Source: Macrostomum lignano
Lineage: Eukaryota
Assembly (NCBI GenBank): GCA_002269645.1
Contig: NIVC01003369.1
Location: 1 to 64,000, forward strand
Reading direction: 5' to 3'
Length of the DNA stretch: 64,000 nt
Within the stretch, counting starts at the first letter, position 1. Each line of letters starts with the position of its first letter. A program made the translations under genes and the position numbers. Under the pieces are notes generated by a model. That model saw only the letters and a program-made list of their open reading frames with translations. It made no database searches and was not told the DNA's origin. Shown piece by piece: positions 12,301 through 20,839 of the stretch.

Positions 12301-12610
12301 CTTTATCCTGTGCCGCATGGAGGAGACCTGCTACATCCGACCGTTTCTATTTCCGTGCCACAATTTCTTCTTCTGGTACGGCCGTAACGATGAAGGTCAG
12401 ACGAACAACGGCGACAGGCTGTTTGTTGAAAGTTGGTCCCGTCGGTTTGACTGCGTCTGCCACCCCTACTGCGAGGCCTTGACCCCTGGCGGACCGCAGC
12501 TGCTTCGCTTTGCGCGAATGGTGCACACGGCCGTTGAAAAATCTACGTGCGAAGCTGTCAAGAACTGCCTGCTGATGTATATCGAGGCCACGCAAGATGC
12601 GACCAAATGA
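9392..12610 (+). CDS. Intronless 1072-aa protein: N-terminal matrin/U1-type C2H2 zinc finger, RS-rich region, several degenerate RRM-like domains in an internal duplication
   Basis: 3.2-kb uninterrupted ORF. C-x2-C-x12-H-x5-H at aa 6-28; SRSRSRERRCSRSRSR tract; duplicated segment ETCLIPPFSFPCHNFLHW / ETCYIRPFLFPCHNFFFW. Acceptor TTTTTTCAG at 9320-9328 lies upstream of the ATG. Confidence 0.9.
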   Translation: MDLPYCELCSEYFYTPIDYNAHLVSNEHLQKLLSFPVGKSASNPMPVGSNQEDIGELELVQSDFIYVSQHTPQLAQIYKVYQNHIRQMIPFGMSYILLLDAVPPSMWQGMISALNEFSVSFPLFVQSGSSGSPPADKQLMDFVLVVDIDPSTTAKQLAACIGARETDLALIPGDSGSDTTGFLRISHSKRQVVLDRIRSARVPPRQRQIDAFELWGPRASSYSGARSPTSPPLQSSLAQSPKLNKDVPGLLASLSSRTMKLAASSTATTSSSGLPPKSDSYRPSSPSQGGRIPSTSLGSSGRGRSSSSRHRADESRSHRDRSRSKHGSGSRRRSRSRSRERRCSRSRSRQRGHSRSRKDPQRDQDRNRDRDTRSDRGPDRNSEQGSGYKRRGRRSSFSMHEAAEEQEDDYDETPSCYLERTWSIKFGGMPYLRISGFDPEVDTVDLVDAVCSRIDGIESIYAFTHPKGLRKSVICNLSEQTPMPSVNQVKDKIGDLCSNEHLFAQDYTEEAFHQMKFNLPHTFFFVPVTKTRAFEPMFLLIWNIPGNVHPNHILYNMRRSMPSARSFNCPRLFRKSYKQGRFKSNAIQLNCGYAVARFNSSEDCTVMMQRLEEAAEEELQAVFSSGKVKFSFVCMQETCLIPPFSFPCHNFLHWDLDSDWDSMCPQDSLPDRPYVPFVCNCHTDSMPIAPHASALDVVAKHIVEQLAVDGPSVVCQKLTELLKLEDSCPKKFACVEDRPASDRVPPIELGSVQLGSASSYWCLLYGPDIYYTARGFPLSMDSFEIEEIVKRTCKAYCIYVHIYPQPVPQVLTKQAVFRCSPAATSSSMFSATRSLQIKLNEEMERLNIQLPDNIFVSEWSYRSWDKFKHLRPFMLPFCPVPNGYRKPHFILVWNINSELGKHVLVRNFLKKYPQVRSVFSPHLQPAQVCRNCEFCVLRFDNPDDCVRTYASMRIMTEQELQALCPRSDIRFILCRMEETCYIRPFLFPCHNFFFWYGRNDEGQTNNGDRLFVESWSRRFDCVCHPYCEALTPGGPQLLRFARMVHTAVEKSTCEAVKNCLLMYIEATQDATK

Positions 12611-13864
12611 ATGCCTCTTGATTAATGATGCTTGCATGTACAATTCTTTAGTTAAGAATCGTGTTGTGTATTGCCGTACAAATTCTTGTTTCGCTGTTTT
12701 TACTTTTAATTCAAGTTCCCATATATTAATATTTGCAAGCTTTTCAGAATGAAATCACCGTAGCATTTGTCCCTACAACGCGATATTTAAATCATTGCTT
12801 ATAACTTTGAAGTTTAAAATTTCTATTAATTGGTAATTTAATCGTAAATCACTGGTTCAAAATATTCTCAAGCGCGCTTTCTCATTTCGCTGTCTTAATT
12901 AATTGTATCATTATCTTTTTCTTTACCTAATTGCGCTTACGAGTACTTTTGTTCATTGTTCTGTGGTTCATTCTTAGTTTTTTTCGGTTAGTGTAATATA
13001 AAATTATTGAGTTCTCACGTTGTTTTTGCGAAAGTTATGTTTATATATTGTTTAATCAAGACTGTCATTCGTGCAAAACTACGAGTCCTCGGCTCATTAG
13101 TTCAACTTTTTGATGCTTTTAAGAGTTGAATTTATGAAAAATTAATTAGCCGTCTGTTCGCTTGCGGATCCATAAATTACACTTGGTCTATTGCATGAGC
13201 ATATATTAAACAGTTTGCAATAGGCAGCGGAAGTGACCGGGTTCGAGTTGAAGTCAACTATCAGGTGTAGCAAGGTTAGAAAAGTCACTTGCTCTCGTTC
13301 TTTCTATATCGTACTTTCCTTTCAGTTGGAGAACAGTGCAAATACCGCAATAACCTATGCACTAAGTTCCCAGTTGTGTCTGAATTCTGTTACGAGAATG
13401 GCGAATCGTTCTTAAATTATTTGGTCCGTTGCTCAGCTAGGCGTTCTGTTTCATTTAATATAAATACATGCAATGCATCCACTTGCTTTGTCAACTATTT
13501 ATTTCAGTTAAGCACAGCGTTGAACTCACTGTCTTGCTGTCTTCTACCAGCTTTATTTGGTTTTAGGAGTACTCGTAGCTGAAATTTTCACTTTTCGCCA
13601 TTTTAAGCCTTTATATACTATTCAGAAATGCTAAACATTGTAGCAAGCATAGCTTGCGCATAGAAGCAATTTTTAGAAGTCTTAAAATCTGCTAAATATT
13701 CTACATTATACAATATATTGCTTGAATATTGAATCAAACTTAGCTTGTTAATTGAAAGTTCTGCTTTCAGTATTAGCTATAGCTTTAGGAAGGCATAAGA
13801 ATGAAAAACATTTGGCTTAAATGAAGAAATTTATTAATAGGCTCACTTGCACCTGCTCGGGCAG

Positions 13865-14464
13865 GAAAATTCGCAGACCTCAACGAGTAGCCGGCAGCAG
13901 CCGCAGTCTTCAGCGGCGGCTGAAGAGAGCCGCGAGCTCACCCACGAGGACATGGTGTACATGAAGAAGTGCCGGGACGAGTCCATGGTCTATGGCCAGT
14001 TGCCGCTCACCGGCCTTTTCTCAGGCTTTGTGTGGTACCGCCACCGGGCCGGCTACTACAATCACCTGCCATTCGCCGCTGTCCTTGGCCGCTACTTCTT
14101 CGCCCTGAGCACCGGCATCGTGCTCGGCCTGGTCGCCTACGTGCCGCTCTGCCTGTCCCGGGTGACCCGAGTAGACATGGTTGACAGTGTGCTGCAGGAC
14201 CGGATGCTCAAGCTGCGGTCCAACCAGCAGCTGGATGAGAATTCTCGACTTCGCGTGCCAGACATTGGGCCGAACGAGCCGTTTCGCGACCCCTATCTAA
14301 AGGCTTTGGGCTCCGAGGAAGGGTTCACAACCTACAAACAGAGGCGCGAGCTCTCCAGACAGCTGGCTCGGGAGAGGCCGAGTAACCAGCAGCAGGAGCA
14401 GCAAACTGCCCAGTTATTGCCTGCTTCTAATGAGCACTCAGAAGCTTCGCTGGCTTGGCAGTAG
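13865..14464 (+). CDS. OCIAD-like: OCIA-domain protein (OCIAD/Asrij-like); start not evident in genomic DNA
   Basis: ELTHEDMVYMKKCRDES...GIVLGLVAYVPLC resembles OCIA (LTEEE...CNDES...GKLSYVKTC), with two hydrophobic segments. Candidate acceptors at 13864 and 13876. Confidence 0.7.
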   Translation, partial: ENSQTSTSSRQQPQSSAAAEESRELTHEDMVYMKKCRDESMVYGQLPLTGLFSGFVWYRHRAGYYNHLPFAAVLGRYFFALSTGIVLGLVAYVPLCLSRVTRVDMVDSVLQDRMLKLRSNQQLDENSRLRVPDIGPNEPFRDPYLKALGSEEGFTTYKQRRELSRQLARERPSNQQQEQQTAQLLPASNEHSEASLAWQ

Positions 14465-14788
14465 CGCGATTGTGTTTTAACATTGTAGCTAAAAATTGCG
14501 CACAGGTAGTTACGGTAGCCGATTGACCTCTTGGCGATGCTTGAATGCTGGGGTGGCGTCATGTTGAACCGAAATATTGATTGGTCGAATGCCTAGACTC
14601 CACTATGATCAGTCAATGGTATCCGATCTAATATCAGATCTTTCTAAGCCACTAAATAGGATTAAATTTTATAGGGAGTGAGTATTATAAGAAAGTATTT
14701 TCAGGGATTGAGCACAGGAAGAAAAAAATCGAGCATATAAAAATCATGTCTTCAGAATAAAGTGGTTACACTTTGAGTCCGTCTGTAA

Positions 14789-15435
14789 GGTATCGCTTTT
14801 GACGCTCTAGATAAGACTTTAGACATTCAAAATAAGACTGCATAGGATCGCAAGCAAGGCCAGGCTAGCCACGGCCAGAGCAAGCCCAGTCTTGGCTGCA
14901 GGGATGGCTTGGCCATAGACTAAAAAATGGAATATCAAAATGAGAATAAGAAGAAGCTCAATATGAGACCGGGAGTGAACGTAATTTATTTGCTTTTTGG
15001 CAGTCACCATACAAACAGCTAAGGAGAAATTAGGCAATAAACAAGAAGCAGAATAGCATATCGAAATGTTTAGTCCATCAGCTAGGATGGTTGATCCATT
15101 GTTTACTGCTTCGATCAGACGCTGACGGTCTGCTGCAGGAATCGATGGTGCCATCACAGTGAAATCCAAGGGGTCAGATGCAACCCAAGGGGTGAAGAAG
15201 GAGAGCTGGCTGAGGTCAGAGGGTTAGAGCGATATCTGAAGGCTTTCACACTGAGTCTCATATTGAGCGTCTTCTTATTCTCATTTTGATATTCCATTTT
15301 TTAGTCTATGGCCAAGCCATTCCTGCAGCCGGGACTGGGCGTGCTCTGGCCGTGGCTGGCCTGGCCTTGCTTGCGATCCTATGCAGTCTTATTTTGAATG
15401 TCTGAAGTCTTATCTAGAGCGTCAAAAGCGATACC
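14789..15435. repeat. Inverted duplication: 181-bp arms (14789-14969, 15255-15435) with a 285-bp spacer
   Basis: The arms are reverse complements with only a handful of substitutions. Each carries TTTTTTAG followed by a 33-codon hydrophobic frame and a stop. Confidence 0.93.
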
Positions 15436-15654
15436 AGTACTTAACTAAGGCTTTTAACTATCGAATGTTTAAGCATAATTCTGGACCATGGGCCGTAGTC
15501 TAAGTTGCGAATAAATAAAGTACACAACGTATAAACCGATCGGTTCCAGTTTGGGTGGCTTTGTATAACTTAGCTTGGCTTTTGTAGTCTATGGCCCAAT
15601 AGACCAAGGCAAGGCCTCTCGCAGGCAGCGTATGGAGGATTCTCAGTTTGGATC

Positions 15655-15838
15655 ACATTATATTACCTAGATGGGCGAATACCCCGGGGTTTCGACCATA
15701 GACAGTAGCTTCTGCTGCTCTCAAGACATTAGCAACAGCTAGTGTCTGTGGCCCTAACCCCTGGGTTTTCGGGGCCTCGGAGACGGCCGCTAAATACATT
15801 AGCGAATGCTGGAGTGGCACATCTAGGTCATATTATGT
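15655..15838. other. Unidentified highly structured element (closing stem, long arm and two short hairpins); ncRNA or MITE
   Basis: ACCTAGATG/CATCTAGGT closing stem; CCCCGGGG/CCCCTGGG and CCATAGAC/GTCTGTGG stems with G-U pairs; GGCC/GGCC and GCTAA/TTAGC hairpins. Confidence 0.5.
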
Positions 15839-16303
15839 TAGAATCTGTGGTTTGGATAGCTTTATTGCTAAAAGCTAAAGCTAGATGGCTTTAGGTCTAT
15901 TAATTAAATATATATAGTTGGCATTCTAAAACCTGCTGTCTTGTTTGAAATTTTAGTAAAAAATATAGATTACGTGTAACTTTAGCAATTCATGTATGTG
16001 CCATATTGATTAGTTTTCCATCTTCGCACTCTGCATACAGCATCGCTCGTGTAGTTGTACAAATAGACAATTTATCAATGCATTTTGCTTCCATCTTCAT
16101 TTTCATGCACGCGTGATTTTATGCTGCTGAAATAAATGAAGCAATTGTTTCATAATTAGCAGTTTTCGAGATGTGTAACACCTGTTATTTGTTAATCTTT
16201 TAAGTTAGTAAAGTCATTTTTGAGATTATGTCCGAAGTTCAGCAGTTTATCTGGACGCACCTGACTTGAATCAAAACAACCGCTGCAGTCGGCTGTCCCG
16301 GAA

Positions 16304-17779
16304 ATGCAGCAGTCGGACGAGGACCTCCAGGCTGAGGTTTACCGCTCCCCCCTGGTGGCTCGCTACGCCAGCCCCGAGATGGCGGCCAACTTTGGCGACC
16401 GCAAAAAATTCACCACCTGGCGCCGCCTGTGGCTGTGGCTGGCCGAGTCGCAGCAGCAGCTGGGTCTGGCCATCACTGACCGGCAGCTGGCCGAGATGCG
16501 CTCCAGCCTGGACCTGCTCGACCTGCGATTGGCTGCCGAGGAGGAGCGGAAGCGGAAGCACGACGTCATGGCGCACGTGCACGCCTTTGCCGCCCAGTGT
16601 CCCGCGGCCGCCGCCGTCATCCACCTGGGCGCCACGTCCGCCTATGTTGGAGACAACACCGATCTAATTTGCCTGCGCGATGCGCTGGACATCCTGCTAC
16701 CCAGGTAGCTACCCAATAGCAACACTGGTAATTATGAGTCATGCTACTAAAAATAGCACACTGGTAGTCATGAGTCAGGCTACTAAAAATAGCACACTGG
16801 TAATCATGAGTCATGCTACTAAAGATAGCACAAGGTAATTATGAGTCATGCTACTAAAAATAGCACACTGGTAGTCATGAGTCAGGCTACTAAAAATAGC
16901 AGACGGGTAATCATGAGTCATGCTAATAAAAATAGCACAATGGTAATTATGAGTAATCAGTTACTAGCAATCAGTATAAGTCATTTTTTTATCCGAAATA
17001 AAGAACGCAATTGTATCGTCATATATTCAGCTCTTCAGCTCACTACTCTTCCTCCGCTGTTCTCAACCACTAAAGGTCAAACTAAGTATTCGTAGATACG
17101 CTTTAAGCTCTGCTCAACTATCAATGTGCAACCAGTTTACGCTCAACTGTCTATTGCCTCAAATGTTCCTACTGTACGTAGCATAAATCGCCGCTCCGCT
17201 GCCCCTGCCAGGCTCGCGGCCGCAATCGCCGCCCTGTCGCGATTCGCCGGCCAGCACCGCTCGCTGGCCTGCCTGGGCTTCACGCACCTGCAGCCCGCCC
17301 AGCTCACCACTGTGGGCAAGCGGGCCTGTCTGTGGCTGGCCGACCTCCTGGCCGACCTGCGCAACCTCAGCCGCTGCCGGGCCGACCTGCGCTTCCGCGG
17401 CGTCAAAGGCACCACCGGCACCCAGGCCAGCTTCCTGCAGCTGTTCGACGGCGACCACGATCGGGTGGAACGGCTGGACAAGCTGGTGACGGCCAAGGCC
17501 GGCTTCCCCGCCACCTACATCGTCACCGGGCAGACCTACAGCCGCAAGGTGGACTCTGAAGTCCTGCTGCAGCTGGCCGGCTTCGGCGCCACCGCGCACA
17601 AAATCGCCACCGACCTGCGCTTGCTGGCCTCCTGGAAGGAGATCGAGGAGCCGTTTGAGCGCGACCAGATCGGCTCCTCCGCCATGCCGTACAAGCGGAA
17701 CCCCATGCGGCTGGAGCGGGTCTGCGGCCTGGCCCGCCACGTCATGGCTCTGGCGCAGGTGTCTGTCTGTCTGTCTGCC

Positions 17780-17816
<37 letters not shown>

Positions 17817-17927
17817 GCCTGTCTGTCTGCCTGTCTGCCTGCCTGTCTGTCTGTCTGTCTGCCTGCCTGTCTGTCTGTCTGTCTGTCTGTCTGTCTGCCT
17901 GTCTGTCTGCCTGTCTGTCTGTCTGCC

Positions 17928-17964
<37 letters not shown>

Positions 17965-18888
17965 GCGTGTGTCTGTCTGTCTGTCTTGTGTCTGTCTGTC
18001 TGACTGTCTGTTTTATTATGTCTGCCTGACTGTCTGTCTGACTGTCTGTCTTATTGTCTGTCTGTATGTCTGTCTTAGTGTCTGTCTAACTGTCTGTCTT
18101 AGTGTCTGTCCGACTGTTAGCTGTCCCTCTGGTGTTTTTATTTTCTCTTCTCCTCCGAGACCCACTGCAATATTTCACAGCTCTGCCGCGCCCACCCGCC
18201 CGCTCAGGACGCCCTGAACACCCATTCGGTGCAGTGGATGGAGCGCACCCTGGACGACTCCAGCAACCGCCGCCTGAGCATCCCGGAGGCGTTCCTGGCC
18301 GCCGACATCGTTGCCAGCACCCTGGGCAGCGTATTCGACGGCCTGGTGGTCTACCCGATGGTCATCCAGCGCCATCTCAAGGAGGAGCTGCCCTTTATGG
18401 CCACCGAGAACATCCTGGCCGCCATGGTGAAGGCTGGCGGCAATCGCCAGGTGAGACAGGCCAGACTGATGTCTGAATTGAGCACTGAAATTGTCTGTCT
18501 GTCATGTCTGCCTGTCATCTGTCTGTCATGTCTGCCTATCATCTGCCGGTCACACTCCTTTCCTTGTTACTTGTCCCACACAGACTGTCAGCCACCCCCG
18601 CCAACTCCGCCTCTCCAGGAATGCCACGAGGTGATCCGTCAGCTGAGCCAGCAAGCCGCAGCCCAGGTGAAGGAGCGCGGCCTTGACAACGACCTGATCG
18701 AGCGGATCCAGGCCTCGGATTACTTCGCCCCGATTCGAGACCGGCTGCCTGAGCTGCTGGACCCCGCCACCTTCGTGGGCCGGGCGCCTCGGCAGGTGGA
18801 CCGCTTCCTAGCCGAGGAGGTGGCCCCGGCGCTGGCTCCGTTCACTGCCGCGCTGGAGAAACTGACTGCGGTGGAGCAGCGCGTGTGA
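16304..18888 (+). CDS. ADSL: Adenylosuccinate lyase; exons 16304..16704, 17212..17758, 18208..18450, 18619..18888 (486 aa)
   Basis: [48 protein letters not shown] and signature loop [10 protein letters not shown]. Exon lengths sum to 1461 nt in phase. Confidence 0.97.
16725..16960. repeat. 36-bp minisatellite in ADSL intron 1, TGAGTCA in most units
   Basis: Unit CTGGTAATTATGAGTCATGCTACTAAAAATAGCACA. Confidence 0.93.
17759..18120. repeat. (GTCT)n microsatellite filling ADSL intron 2, starting at the donor GT
   Basis: CAG|GTGTCTGTCTGTCT... Confidence 0.97.
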
Positions 18889-19570
18889 CAGCCTGGTGTG
18901 ACCCGGCTGGTGTGACAGGCTGGTGTGACCCGGCTGGTTTGACCTTTAGGATCGATTTTCAACTTACTACTGTCGTAGATGTAGAGACAGTTTTTATACT
19001 TAGGAGGGCATTGCGTGGGTTTCGTGACTATGCCTTGACCTTATGTGACCTTATGTACGCGTGTGACCTCTACCCTGTATGATCTTGTGTTTTCCTTGAC
19101 CCGGTGTGACCTTAATTGTGTTTTCCTTGACCCAGTGTGACCTTAATTGTGTATTTATTGACCCCTGTGTAACCTTGATTGTGTATTTATTAACCCCTGT
19201 GTGACCTTGATTGTGTATTCATTGACCCCTGTGTGACCTTGATTGTGTATTCATTGACCCCTGTGTGACCTTGATTGCGTATTTATTGACCCCTGTGTGA
19301 CCTTGATTGTGTATTCATTGACCCCTGTGTGACCTTGATTGCGTATTTATTGACCCTTGTGTGACCTTCATTGTGTATTATTGACCCCTGTGTGACCTTC
19401 ATTGTGTACTTATTGACCCCTGTGTGACCTTGATTGTGTATTTATTGTCCCCTGTGTGACCTTGATTGTGTATTTATTGTCCCCTGTGTGACCTTGATTG
19501 TGTATTTATTGTCCCCTGTGTGACCTTGATTGTGTATTTATTGACCCCTGTGTGACCTTGATTGTGTATT
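18883..19570. repeat. 13-14-bp repeats beginning at the ADSL stop codon, then a 32-bp array (GTGTGACCTTGATTGTGTATTTATTGACCCCT, 19085-19570)
   Basis: Directly visible; both arrays share GTGTGAC. Confidence 0.93.
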
Positions 19571-19969
19571 CCTGCGCAGCGTGGGATGTCGAAGTTTTCC
19601 CAGTTTACAAGTACATTCGAGATCCACAAATTCATACACAGATAAAGCGATATTTTTGTGCTCGAACTTTTATATCATGCCTAGTAGCCTATAACTAAAT
19701 ACCTTGATTAGTTGAACATAGAAGCCCCAGTTATGTCTAGTTTTATAATTAACTGTAGTTGAAACTATTAAATGTGTTTTACGCAGCCACACCTGGTGCT
19801 GCAAGGTCTGAGCAGCAATCTCTCTTTATGAATCGGCAACAATGCCAGAGGTGTCCTGTTTCTTTTGCGTCAAAAAATTTTATTGCTTATTGATGCTGCA
19901 CTCTATTCTATCACACCGGTTTAAAGGTTTAAATTTAAAATTTAGATTTAAAAGGCCTATCAAAATGCC

Positions 19970-20730
19970 CCTTACCAGACAAGTGAGAATCGCCTCTCAC
20001 CAGACACATGAGATTCCCCTCACCAGACACATGAGATTCCCCTTACCAGACACATGAGATTCCCCTTACCAGACACATGAGATTCCCCTCACCAGACACA
20101 TGAGATTCCCCTCCCTCACCAGACACATGAGATTCCCCTCACCATGGACACATGAGATTCCCCTCACCAGACACATGAGATTCCCCTCCCTCACCAGACA
20201 CATGAGATTCCCCTCACCATGGACACATGAGATTCCCCTCACCAGACACATGAGATTCCCCTTACCAGACACATGAGATTCCCCTTACGAGACACATTAG
20301 ATTCCCCTCACCAGACACATGAGATTCCTCTTACCAGACACATGAGATTCCCCTTACGAGACACATTAGATTCCCCTCACCAGACACATGAGATTCCTCT
20401 TACCAGACACATGAGATTCCCCTCACCATGGACACATGAGATTCCCCTCGCCAGACACGTGAGATTCGCCCCTCACCAGACACGCGAGATTCGCCCCTCA
20501 TCAGACACATGAGATTCCCCTCGCCAGACACGTGAGATTCGCCCCTCACCAGACACGTGAGATTCGCCCCTCACCAGACACGTGAGATTCGCCCCTCACC
20601 AGACACGTGAGATTCGCCCCTCACCAGACACGTGAGATTCGCCCCTCACCAGACACGTGAGATTCGCCCCTCGCCAGACACGTGAGATTCGCCCCTCACC
20701 AGACACGTGAGATTCGCCCCTCACCAGACT
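19970..20730. repeat. 23-25-bp minisatellite upstream of LCMT2 (ACCAGACACATGAGATTCCCCTC), distal units carry CACGTG
   Basis: Directly visible. Confidence 0.96.
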
Positions 20731-20839
20731 TTTCGTAGCAGCTAAAAGTTTGCCATAGACTTGCAGCTAACAGCCGCAGCTATCTGTTGCGCAGCTAAAA
20801 ATCCCGGACAGAACCGGCCACAGCAGTTCGGCCGGCGCG

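Noticed and set aside
13225-13255. GGTTCGAG B-box-like word
   Set aside because: No A box or cloverleaf; more likely part of a Pol II promoter region.
15752-15760. CCCTAACCC as a telomerase RNA template
   Set aside because: Partly paired in the predicted stem, and no pseudoknot or H/ACA domain recognised; kept only as a remark.
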